Assembly (NCBI RefSeq): GCF_051062815.1
Contig: NZ_JBPFDU010000074.1
Span: 13,828-77,827, forward strand
Length of the DNA stretch: 64,000 nucleotides
Reading direction: 5' to 3'
From: Methylocystis sp.
GTDB lineage: Bacteria > Pseudomonadota > Alphaproteobacteria > Rhizobiales > Beijerinckiaceae
The position numbers and the translations under genes are program-made. Shown one piece after another: positions 1 to 11,566 of this stretch. The notes beneath the pieces are model-generated. The model saw nothing but the letters and a program-made list of their open reading frames with translations. It was not told the DNA's origin and did not search any database. Numbering within the stretch: position 1 is the first letter of the stretch; the number at the start of each line of letters is the position of its first letter.

Positions 1-395
1 AGACCGGCGGATTCATTCTCATCGACCGCATCACCAATGAAACGGTTGCGGTCGGCATGGTCAAAGCCGTCGCCGCATCGAATGGCCGCGTCGCGCCGCC
101 GCTGACGGAGCTCAGCTACGCCTCCATGGAAGGACTGCCGCTGGCGCGGGAGTCGTTTCGACCGACCCCGACGCGCAGCCTGGTGAAGGCGCTCTCCTGG
201 CTCCTGCCGGCGAGCATTTCGACGTTCCTGATCGTTTACGCTTTCATCCAGAGCGCCGCACTCGCCGCCGAAATCACCGGCGTTGAAATGATCGCGATCT
301 TCGCGCTCTATTATTTCCACGAACGGTTCTGGTCGCGACTAAATTTTGGACTTGCGACGGGTGAGGCGCAGGGAAGCGACGATCAGGCGATTTAA
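1..395 (+). CDS. cysN: C-terminal part of sulfate adenylyltransferase subunit 1 (CysN-like) fused to a DUF2061-like membrane domain; 5' end outside window
   Basis: Frame open from position 3: TGGFILIDRITNETVAVGMV matches the CysN C-terminal motif (TGxFILIDRxTNxTVxxGM). It continues into RSLVKALSW...YYFHERFW, the DUF2061 pattern. Confidence 0.7.
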   Translation, partial: TGGFILIDRITNETVAVGMVKAVAASNGRVAPPLTELSYASMEGLPLARESFRPTPTRSLVKALSWLLPASISTFLIVYAFIQSAALAAEITGVEMIAIFALYYFHERFWSRLNFGLATGEAQGSDDQAI

Positions 396-400
396 GAGCG

Positions 401-3394
401 TCAGTGGGCTTCGTCCCAATTGGCGGCGGCGCGCGCATCGACTTTCAGCGGCACGGCGAGATGGATGGCGGGCGCAGGCGCCTGCTCCATGACGCGGCGC
501 GCGAGTTCGATCGTCGCCTCGGCTTCATCGTTCGGCGCTTCGAAGACAAGCTCGTCATGCACCTGCAGAAGCATCTGCGCCGAGAGACCGGCGCGTGCGA
601 GCGCGTCATCCATCCGTATCATGGCGCGTCTGATGATGTCCGCGGCCGCGCCCTGGATCGGCGCATTGATCGCCGCGCGCTCATAGAAGGCGCGGTCTGA
701 CGCATTGGCCGAGGAGATGCCGGGAAAGTGGTAGATTCGGCCGAAAATCGTCGAGACTTCGCCTTTCTCGCGCACCGTCTTGCGCGTTGAATCCATGTAG
801 TCGCGAATGCCGGGAAAGCGTTCGAAATAGCGCTTGATGTAGGCGCTCGCCTCTTCGCGCGGAATGCTCAGCTGATTGGCGAGGCCGAAGGCGGAAATGC
901 CGTAGATGATGCCGAAGTTGATCGCCTTGGCGCGGCGGCGCGTTTCGGCCGGCATGTCCTTGATGGGCACGTTGAACATTTCGCTAGCAGTCATCGCGTG
1001 AATGTCGAGGTTTTCGGCGAAGGCGCGTCTGAGCTGAGGAATGTCGGCGATATGGGCGAGCAGCCGCAACTCGATCTGCGAATAATCCGCCGAGATCAGC
1101 ACATGGCCGGGCGTCGAGACAAAGGCCTTGCGGATTTTGCGGCCCGCCTCATTGCGCACGGGAATGTTCTGCAGATTCGGCTCGGATGAAGAGAGCCGTC
1201 CCGTCGTCGTGGCGGCGAGCGCATAGCTCGTGTGCACGCGACCGGTTTCGGCGTTGATATAGCCGGGCAGGGCGTCGGCGTAGGTGCTCTTGAGCTTGGA
1301 GAGCTGTCGCCAATCGAGAATGCGGCGCGAAAAATCATTGCCGGCGACGGCGAGGTCTTCGAGAACGCTTGCGGAAGTCGACCAGGCGCCGGTCGCCGTT
1401 TTCTTCGCGCCGGGCAACCCCATCTTGCCGAAAAGGATGTCGCCCAACTGCTTGGGCGAGCCAAGGTTGAAACTCTCGCCGGCAAGTTCGAAGATCTCGG
1501 CCTCGAGACGCGCCATGTCCTGCGCAAATTCGCCGGAGAGTCGCGACAAGGTCGCGCGCTCGACCATGACGCCCCTTCGCTCCATGCGCGCGAGCGTCGC
1601 GACCATCGGCCGCTCCAAAGTCTCGTAGACCGTGGTCATGCGCTCGGCCAAGAGCCGCGGCTTCAGCACGCGCCAAAGGCGCAGGGCAATGTCCGCCTGT
1701 TCCGCGGCGTATTCGGTCGCCGCCGTGAGCGCAGCCCGGGCAAAGCCGAGAAAATTGCGGCCCGCGCCGGCGACGGAGGCGAAGGTCAGAGCGTCATGGC
1801 CGCAATAATTGCGCGCCAGCTCTTCTAGACGATGATCGCGACGTCCGGAGTCCAGCGCGTAGGACATGAGCATGGCGTCGTCGATCGGCGCGACGTCGAT
1901 TCCGTAGCGCGAAAGAACCAGCAGATCATGCTTCATATTATGCGCGATCTTGAGGATCGAGGCGTCCTCAAACAACGGCTTTAATCGCGCCAGAGCCGAG
2001 TCGAGCGGGATCTGTCCCTCGACCAAATTGGCGCCGGAAAAAAGATCAGCCGAGTCGCCCGAGCGATGCTGTAGCGGGATATAGCAGGCGCGTCCCGGCG
2101 CGGTCGCCAGGGAGACGCCGATGAGTTCGCAACGCATCGGGTCCGGCAAGGTCGTTTCGACATTGATCGCGACGAGCCCTGCGCCAACGGCTTCCGTGAT
2201 CCAATCATCCAGACGCTCGGCCGAGACGACCGTTTCATAAGTGGAGCGGTCGATCTTGACCGCCTTCGCTTCGACGAGACGCGCGGCGACGAGGCTCGCG
2301 GGCGTGAGCGCGTCGCTTGTCGGCTTTTCGGCGCGGTTCGGCGCTTCAGAAGCGGGCGGCGCGATATCGGACAATTCGCCGTTGCGCCCGCGCCAGCCGG
2401 CGGCGCCCAGAAATTGGGGATCGGGCTCGATATCCTGCGCCTGGACCCCATACATCTCGGCGACGCGGCGGGTGATCGTCGTGAACTCCATCGCCTGGAG
2501 AAAAGCGATAAGCTTCGCCGCGTCCGGCTGATGAAGGCCAAGCTCTTCGAGCGGGGTTTGGAGCGGCGCGTCGCGCACCAGTTCGCAGAGCTTCTTCGAA
2601 AGAAGGATGCGCGCGACCGCATCCGGCTCGGTCAGCGCCTCGCGGCGCTTGGGCTGCTTGATGCCCGACGCCTGGGCGAGCAGCGTTTCGAGATCGCCAT
2701 ATTCGTTGATGAGCTGAGCAGCGGTCTTGACGCCGATGCCTTTGGCGCCCGGCACATTGTCGGTCGAATCGCCTGCGAGCGCCTGCACGTCGACGACCTT
2801 CTCCGGCGTAACGCCGAAATAGTCGACGACCTCGGCTTCGCCGATGAGGCGTTCTTCGCGCGCGCCTTTCGTTCCAGCCGTCCCCGAGGCGGGGTCGTAC
2901 ATTCTGACGCCGGGACCGACGAGCTGCATCAGATCCTTGTCGGCCGAGACGATCAGCACGTCCGCGCCCTTGGCCTGCGCCTGCGTCGCATAGGTGGCGA
3001 TGAGATCGTCGGCCTCGTAGACGTCCTGTTCGATCGGGGTGAGGCCGAAAGCGCGCACGACGGCGCGCATCAGCGGGAATTGCGGAATGAGATCGTCCGG
3101 CGGCTCGGTGCGGTGCGCCTTGTAGTCGGGATAAAGGTCTTTTCGAAAGGAGTGCTCGCTCTTGTCGAAGATGATGGCGAGATGCGTGGGCTTCACGCCG
3201 GCGGCGCCTTCGCGCACGAACTGCAACAGCTTGGTGCAGAACAGCCGCACGGCGCCGGTCGGCAGCCGGTCGGAGCGATAATTATATTTCGCATCCTGTC
3301 GGATCGACTGGAAATAGGCGCGAAAGACGAAGGAGGAGCCGTCAACGAGGAAGATATGGCTCCCGGGGCCGACGGGCTTATGCGTGAGGGTCAT
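401..3394 (-). CDS. polA: DNA polymerase I
   Basis: 997 aa; 5'-3' exo (LVDGSSFVFRAY, EADDLIAT, GDSTDNVPG), polymerase motifs ADYSQIELR, RRAKAINFGIIYG, LQVHDEL. Confidence 0.98.
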   Translation of the reverse strand: MTLTHKPVGPGSHIFLVDGSSFVFRAYFQSIRQDAKYNYRSDRLPTGAVRLFCTKLLQFVREGAAGVKPTHLAIIFDKSEHSFRKDLYPDYKAHRTEPPDDLIPQFPLMRAVVRAFGLTPIEQDVYEADDLIATYATQAQAKGADVLIVSADKDLMQLVGPGVRMYDPASGTAGTKGAREERLIGEAEVVDYFGVTPEKVVDVQALAGDSTDNVPGAKGIGVKTAAQLINEYGDLETLLAQASGIKQPKRREALTEPDAVARILLSKKLCELVRDAPLQTPLEELGLHQPDAAKLIAFLQAMEFTTITRRVAEMYGVQAQDIEPDPQFLGAAGWRGRNGELSDIAPPASEAPNRAEKPTSDALTPASLVAARLVEAKAVKIDRSTYETVVSAERLDDWITEAVGAGLVAINVETTLPDPMRCELIGVSLATAPGRACYIPLQHRSGDSADLFSGANLVEGQIPLDSALARLKPLFEDASILKIAHNMKHDLLVLSRYGIDVAPIDDAMLMSYALDSGRRDHRLEELARNYCGHDALTFASVAGAGRNFLGFARAALTAATEYAAEQADIALRLWRVLKPRLLAERMTTVYETLERPMVATLARMERRGVMVERATLSRLSGEFAQDMARLEAEIFELAGESFNLGSPKQLGDILFGKMGLPGAKKTATGAWSTSASVLEDLAVAGNDFSRRILDWRQLSKLKSTYADALPGYINAETGRVHTSYALAATTTGRLSSSEPNLQNIPVRNEAGRKIRKAFVSTPGHVLISADYSQIELRLLAHIADIPQLRRAFAENLDIHAMTASEMFNVPIKDMPAETRRRAKAINFGIIYGISAFGLANQLSIPREEASAYIKRYFERFPGIRDYMDSTRKTVREKGEVSTIFGRIYHFPGISSANASDRAFYERAAINAPIQGAAADIIRRAMIRMDDALARAGLSAQMLLQVHDELVFEAPNDEAEATIELARRVMEQAPAPAIHLAVPLKVDARAAANWDEAH

Positions 3395-3487
3395 GCGCCT
3401 ATCTTAGCGGCGCGCGCGCGCCGCGTCATGACGCCGGCGCCTGAAACCGCCGTTTGACCGTCGCCGGCGCCAAGCCTAGAAGATCGC

Positions 3488-4570
3488 ATGTCCCACAACA
3501 GTTTCGGCCATCTTTTCCGCGTCACCACCTTCGGCGAGAGCCATGGGCCGGCGCTCGGCGCGATCGTTGACGGATGTCCGCCGAAAATTCCGCTCGAAGC
3601 GCAGGAGATCCAGGGCTTTCTGGACAAGCGCAAGCCCGGACAGTCGCGCTTCACCACGCAGCGGCGGGAGGCCGATGAGGTGAAGATTCTTTCGGGCGTT
3701 TTTGCCGACCGCGACGGCCGAGAGGTGACGACCGGCGCGCCGATCGCGCTCATGATCGAAAATACCGACCAGCGCTCCAAGGATTATGGAGAGATCGCCG
3801 ACAAATACCGGCCCGGCCATGCCGATTACGTCTACGACGCAAAATATGGCGTCCGGGATTATCGCGGCGGCGGGCGCTCCTCGGCGCGGGAAACCGCGGC
3901 GCGAGTCGCCGCCGGGGCTGTCGCGCGCAAGGTCATCGCCGGCGTGACGATTCGCGGCGCGCTGGTGCAGATTGGCCCGCATAAAATTGATCGCGCGAAT
4001 TTCGATTGGGCGGAGGTCGAGCGCAATCCGCTGTTTTGTCCCGACGCGCGCGCGGCGGAATTATGGGCGGACTATCTTGATAATGTGCGCAAGGACGGCT
4101 CCTCCATCGGCGCGGTGATCGAGATTGTCGCCGAGGGCGTTCCGGTCGGCTGGGGCGCGCCGATTTACGGCAAGCTCGACGGCGATCTCGCCGCGGCGAT
4201 GATGTCGATCAATGCGGTGAAGGGCGTCGAGATCGGCGCCGGCTTCGCCGCGGCCGAGCTGACCGGCGAAGACAACGCCGATGAGATGCGCGCCGGACCA
4301 AACGGACCGGAGTTTTTGTCCAACAACGCTGGCGGCGTGCTCGGCGGCATTTCGACTGGCCAGCCCATCGTCGTGCGCTTTGCAGTGAAGCCGACGTCGT
4401 CGATCCTGACGCCGCGCCGCACGATCGATCGCTTCGGCAAAGAGACCGAGATCGTCACCAAGGGCCGTCACGATCCCTGCGTCGGCATTCGCGCCGTTCC
4501 GGTGGGCGAAGCGATGATGGCCTGCGTGCTCGCCGATCATTTCCTGCGCCATCGCGGGCAGGTGGGGTGA
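3488..4570 (+). CDS. aroC: Chorismate synthase
   Basis: [33 protein letters not shown] motifs. Confidence 0.98.
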   Translation: MSHNSFGHLFRVTTFGESHGPALGAIVDGCPPKIPLEAQEIQGFLDKRKPGQSRFTTQRREADEVKILSGVFADRDGREVTTGAPIALMIENTDQRSKDYGEIADKYRPGHADYVYDAKYGVRDYRGGGRSSARETAARVAAGAVARKVIAGVTIRGALVQIGPHKIDRANFDWAEVERNPLFCPDARAAELWADYLDNVRKDGSSIGAVIEIVAEGVPVGWGAPIYGKLDGDLAAAMMSINAVKGVEIGAGFAAAELTGEDNADEMRAGPNGPEFLSNNAGGVLGGISTGQPIVVRFAVKPTSSILTPRRTIDRFGKETEIVTKGRHDPCVGIRAVPVGEAMMACVLADHFLRHRGQVG

Positions 4571-4603
4571 CGGCCGCGTCGTCGCGAGTTGTCGCGAGTC
4601 GAC

Positions 4604-7474
<2,871 letters not shown>

Positions 7475-7773
7475 AACGCGTCACCCGATACAACTATGGT
7501 CGCGCCTGCGACTCGGCGAGTCTGCTCGGCGGAACATCGTGTTCAACCCGGAAGGCTGATCGAAGGTTGCGCGGTCGAGCACAGCTACGGCAAAGCTGGA
7601 GACGATGAAGACTCTTTTCATGTCTCTTATCGCCCGACACATTGCTCCTGATTACGATCAAAGCGAGTGAAGAGCGATTGGAACCAAGCGTGAAGCGGCG
7701 TCGCGTATTCGCTTTGCCTTGCATCAAAAATCGACGCGTCGCTTCGTCGCACAGCGGTTTTTCGTCACCTCGC

Positions 7774-7803
7774 TTGACCGCACGCAAGATTGAAACCTAA
7801 GTT
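7774..7803 (+). promoter_or_regulatory. Putative sigma70-type promoter for the DUF2946-like leader / pmoC unit
   Basis: TTGACC (7774-7779), 18-nt spacer, TAAGTT (7798-7803); fits a GTG start at 7830 preceded by GAGAGG. Confidence 0.45.
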
Positions 7804-7829
7804 CGGTGCTTGGAACCCGAGAGGCGGCG

Positions 7830-8213
7830 GTGGATCCAGTCTTCCAGCGGACAAGTCAGCGCGCGCGCATTTTTGCGGCGCTCGTCGCCTTCCTTATGCT
7901 CGTGCAGACCACGACTGCGGACGCAGGCGCCGTTGCGCTGGGAGAAGGCGTCGCTTTCGGAACAGTCTGCGCGCCGCAGGATGCGGTGAACGGCGAGCTG
8001 CCGCTTTTCCCGAATGAACGCCATCGCCATGGATTCTGTTGCGTTCTTCACAATGGCGCGTTGGACGCGCCTCCTTCCAAGCCAGTTGTTTCGATCGCTC
8101 TGATTTTTCCAGCTGAGGCTCATGCGTCTCCGCTGGAGACGTCCAGTCACGCGCCGCGCATCGAGCCAAAGCGCGCGCCACAATCGCCACGAGCTCCTCC
8201 CCGACAGGGCTGA
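7830..8213 (+). CDS. DUF2946/CruR-like leader protein with Cys/His motifs and C-terminal RAPP motif
   Basis: Hydrophobic N-terminal segment IFAALVAFLMLVQ, GTVC, HRHGFCCVLH, Pro/Ser-rich linker, ending QSPRAPPRQG-stop. This is the DUF2946 architecture as I recall it. ORF track start is 7806; GTG 7830 has the better SD. Confidence 0.7.
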   Translation: MDPVFQRTSQRARIFAALVAFLMLVQTTTADAGAVALGEGVAFGTVCAPQDAVNGELPLFPNERHRHGFCCVLHNGALDAPPSKPVVSIALIFPAEAHASPLETSSHAPRIEPKRAPQSPRAPPRQG

Positions 8214-8404
8214 AGTTTTTCTCGCGCTGAGATTCAACGCAGCCGCCATCATTACGATGGTGATGCGGCGAGAGCGCGTTCGCGAAAAATCTTTCAAACG
8301 GATCCTGCTGCCACCGCTGCGAGAGCAGACGCGGGGCCGCGCGCGCATCAAACCATTCGAAGGGGCGTTCATGCCCCACATAACCAGTATTTTGGAGATG
8401 ACTT

Positions 8405-9178
8405 ATGAGCATGACAAAAGCAGAGGCCCATGCCGCCGCCCGAAGCGCCGAACGAATTGTCGACACCAGACCCGTTCTTATCGGCGTTGCGGTCTTGATG
8501 TTCTTCGTGGCCTGCCTGCGCCTCTACGAACAACTCTTCGCCTGGAGCTTCGGTCTCGATTCCTTCTCGCCCGAGTTTCAGCTCTACTGGATGGGTCTGT
8601 TGCAGTTCGCGATTATGGCGTCGAGCTTTGCCGCGATCGCCCTTGTCGGCTTTCTGTGGCGCACGCGCGATCGCGATCTGGCGAATTTGGGAGCCTCAGC
8701 GGAAACGCGACGGCTCGTTTATCTCGTCCAGTGGCTGCTCGTTTTCTCGCTCGCCCTGTTTTGGGGCTTAAGCTTCTTTTCGGAGCAGACGGCTGTCTGG
8801 CACATGACCGCCGTGCGCGACACGGATTTCACGCCGAGCAATATCATCACCTTTTATATTGCATATCCGCTCTTTGCGATCATCGGGCTCGGCGCGTTCT
8901 TCTATGCGAAGACGCGTCTGCCGACTTTCGCGAAGGGATATTCTCTCGCCTTCGTGGTTCTTGTCGTTGGCGTCTTCATGACGATCCCGAATGTGGGATT
9001 CAATGAATGGGGTCACACGTTCTGGGCGATGGACGAAGGCTTTGCAGGTCCGCTGCACTGGGGCTTCGTCTTTTTCGGCTGGATGTCGCTGGCGACTTTC
9101 GGCGTCGTGCTGCTGATCCTTGGCCGTCTTCGCGAACTCCTCGGCGCGGATGCGCTAGAGCAGCTCTATCGACGTTAA
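8405..9178 (+). CDS. pmoC: Stand-alone particulate methane monooxygenase subunit C paralog (AmoC/PmoC family)
   Basis: LDSFSPEF, WHxTxVRDTDFTPS, PNVGFNEWGHTFW, PLHWGFVFFGW; GGAG SD at about 8394; no pmoA/pmoB adjacent. Confidence 0.95.
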   Translation: MSMTKAEAHAAARSAERIVDTRPVLIGVAVLMFFVACLRLYEQLFAWSFGLDSFSPEFQLYWMGLLQFAIMASSFAAIALVGFLWRTRDRDLANLGASAETRRLVYLVQWLLVFSLALFWGLSFFSEQTAVWHMTAVRDTDFTPSNIITFYIAYPLFAIIGLGAFFYAKTRLPTFAKGYSLAFVVLVVGVFMTIPNVGFNEWGHTFWAMDEGFAGPLHWGFVFFGWMSLATFGVVLLILGRLRELLGADALEQLYRR

Positions 9179-9212
9179 GTTCGCCCGGCCCATCGGCCGC
9201 ATAATTGCGAAG

Positions 9213-9250
9213 CCGGCGCCGACTCCATGGAGCGGCGCCGGTTGCATTCT
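9213..9250 (+). terminator. GC-rich hairpin between convergent pmoC and GNAT genes
   Basis: CCGGCGCCG/CGGCGCCGG stem with inner CTCC/GGAG pairs; only a weak U tract. Confidence 0.4.
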
Positions 9251-9302
9251 CAGGTTCGGCGTATGTGCAGAGGCCGACGCGTCCGTGTGGCTGACATCTG
9301 CC

Positions 9303-9818
9303 TCACGGCAATGCGTGCTGCATCAGAAAAGCCGGGAATGACACCTGCGAGTCGAGAGGGATATTCGCCCCCGCTACAGTTTTGAAGCCTAACGCCTTGT
9401 AAAAATTTTCGGCGGCGAACGTTGAGCAACAATGAAGTTCGCTTACGCCCCGAGCCTTGGCGTCCATGCAGCACCGATTCATAATGGCACGCGCGACGCC
9501 CCTGCGGGTCCAGCCAGGATGGGTGGCGAAATGTCGGATATGCGCTTCCCCTCGGACGATCTTCGCAGTTCCTGGACGCTCGAGCGACCAGCCACCGCAC
9601 CCGATGAGTTCGCCGTGGCCGCTCTGCGCGACGTAAAAGGCGCCAGATGCGAGGAGTGTCGGATTTGCCTTAGTCATGAAAGGCAAGGCTCGATCGAGCA
9701 GCTGCTTTTCGTAACGCGACGCCAACAGAGTTGAGTAGCTCGCCGCCAGAAGGGCGCTCACCGCGTCTGCGTCAGAGGGAGCGGAGAGCCTTACGATGTA
9801 GGTCACTGTCGCGACCAT
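9303..9818 (-). CDS. GNAT-family N-acetyltransferase
   Basis: HIRHFATHPGWTRRGVAR motif A; AENFYKALGF. Confidence 0.85.
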   Translation of the reverse strand: MVATVTYIVRLSAPSDADAVSALLAASYSTLLASRYEKQLLDRALPFMTKANPTLLASGAFYVAQSGHGELIGCGGWSLERPGTAKIVRGEAHIRHFATHPGWTRRGVARAIMNRCCMDAKARGVSELHCCSTFAAENFYKALGFKTVAGANIPLDSQVSFPAFLMQHALP

Positions 9819-9842
9819 TGCGCCAAGAGCGGCGGAGCGCCG

Positions 9843-11012
9843 CTACGCCGCGAGATCGGCGACCACCGCATCAAGCACCGGGAAGCCTTCCGAGCTGACG
9901 CGTAGCCTGTTGTCGCGGGTGAATTCGACCAGCCCGTCGCCGATAAGTTCGCTGATGCGCGATTGCGACAGGCGTTTGCCGGTCAGCAGGAAATAGCGCT
10001 GCGGATCGACGCCTTCGCGCAGCCGCAGCCCCATCAGCAGGAACTCATCGCCCTCCTGCTCGGACGAGAGCAATTCGTCCTCGATGATGCCGTGGCCTTC
10101 GGTCTCGACGCAGGTCAGCCACATCTCGGGATGCCGCTCGGTGGATTGGGCGCGCCGCCCGCGCGGCGTGACCACCCGCCCATGCGCGCCGGGACCGACG
10201 CCGACATATTCGCCATAACGCCAATAAACCAGATTGTGCCGGCACTCGGCGCCGGGCCGCGCATGATTGGAGACTTCGTAAGCCGGCAGGCCGGCGCGGG
10301 CGGTGACTTCCTGCGTGACGTCCCAGAGCGCGCGCTGCGTGTCGGCGTCGGGCAGCGCCATCTTGCCGGTGTTGACCATGCGCTCGAACATCGTGTCCGG
10401 CTCGATCGTCAGCTGATAGAGCGAGACATGCTCGGGCGAACGGGTGAGCGCCAGCTCCAGCTCTTTTCGCCAGGCGGCGGCCGTCTGGCCGGAACGGCCG
10501 TAGATCAGATCGAAGGACGTGCGCTCGAAGACCGAATTAGCGACGTCGAGCGCCATCAGGGCTTCCGCGACCGAATGCTGTCGGCCGAGCGCGCGAAGAT
10601 CAATGTCGTTCAAGGCCTGCACGCCGAGCGAGACGCGGTTGACGCCTGCGGCTTTGAAGCCCTTGAAACGCGAGGCCTCGACGCTTGTCGGATTGGCTTC
10701 GAGCGTGATTTCGCAGTCCTTGGCGAGGGGCCAGTGGCTCGAGATCTGGGAGAGAATGGCTTGAGCGGTCGAAGGCGCCATCAATGACGGCGTGCCGCCG
10801 CCAAAGAAGATCGAGCGGACTTCGCGCCCGGGCGTCAGAGCGGCGCGATGCGCCAGCTCCGCGCTGAAGGCCTCGACGAAGCGGTCCTCGTCGACGTCGC
10901 CGCGCCTCACGTGGCTGTTGAAGTCGCAATAGGGGCATTTCGACAGGCAAAACGGCCAATGGACATAAACGCCAAAGCCTGGGTCGAAAGCATTGCGAAT
11001 CGGTGTCGCCAT
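9843..11012 (-). CDS. hemW: Radical SAM heme chaperone HemW
   Basis: YVHWPFCLSKCPYCDFNSH (CxxxCxxC), FFGGGTPS, EITLEANP, YEVSNHA. Confidence 0.93.
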   Translation of the reverse strand: MATPIRNAFDPGFGVYVHWPFCLSKCPYCDFNSHVRRGDVDEDRFVEAFSAELAHRAALTPGREVRSIFFGGGTPSLMAPSTAQAILSQISSHWPLAKDCEITLEANPTSVEASRFKGFKAAGVNRVSLGVQALNDIDLRALGRQHSVAEALMALDVANSVFERTSFDLIYGRSGQTAAAWRKELELALTRSPEHVSLYQLTIEPDTMFERMVNTGKMALPDADTQRALWDVTQEVTARAGLPAYEVSNHARPGAECRHNLVYWRYGEYVGVGPGAHGRVVTPRGRRAQSTERHPEMWLTCVETEGHGIIEDELLSSEQEGDEFLLMGLRLREGVDPQRYFLLTGKRLSQSRISELIGDGLVEFTRDNRLRVSSEGFPVLDAVVADLAA

Positions 11013-11077
11013 AGTCCTTTATCGCACGGAATGGCGGGAAGGGCACGGCGATCTGGACCCCCCTTTTAGGAGGCTGC

Positions 11078-11566
11078 ATGGCGTTTTGGGAGGTCTTGCG
11101 GTTCTGGCGGAGGAAGCCGGCGGTTCAACGGTCGGACCCAGCGATGCTGGCGATCGCCGAGGCGATCTCCCGCAATCTCGCGGCCCTCGGCCTCTTCGTC
11201 GATTCGCGGCCCTACGGGCGCGGGTTCTTTGAAATCAAAGCCTCGACCTCCTCGAAATTGATCACCACGCCCGACGGGAGGGAGGCGTCTGGGATCGCGC
11301 TCCTGCTCGCCCGCGCGTATGAGCCGCCGTCGCTGGTTTTCGAACAGATCAACTCTTTGCAGCGCGGCTTGGGGCGGGCGATGGTGGAGGCCGCCATCGC
11401 CGGGGTAAAGGAGCGTCCCGGCGCGTTCCGACTGCTGCGGGTCAACGACCTTTCGCCGCGCTTGCAGGACGGCCGGCGATGGTGGGAGCATGTCGCCGCG
11501 GCGCATCCCGAATTCGATTGGGTGATCACGCATGAGGAGCCGTTCGGAAGTGCGCCTAGGACGTGA
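11078..11566 (+). CDS. Hypothetical protein, possible divergent GNAT fold
   Basis: 162 aa ORF with SD (GGAGG); QRGLGRAMVEAAI resembles GNAT motif A. Confidence 0.5.
   Translation: MAFWEVLRFWRRKPAVQRSDPAMLAIAEAISRNLAALGLFVDSRPYGRGFFEIKASTSSKLITTPDGREASGIALLLARAYEPPSLVFEQINSLQRGLGRAMVEAAIAGVKERPGAFRLLRVNDLSPRLQDGRRWWEHVAAAHPEFDWVITHEEPFGSAPRT

Noticed and set aside
7494-7787. Minus-strand ORFs (97 aa and a 46-codon MKRVFIVSSFAVAV ORF from 7621) between the FAAL fusion and the leader
   Set aside because: No recognisable domain; overlaps predicted promoter DNA; at best a fragment.
8214-8404. sigma54 promoter typical of pmoCAB
   Set aside because: No TGGCAC-N5-TTGC-like motif found by eye.
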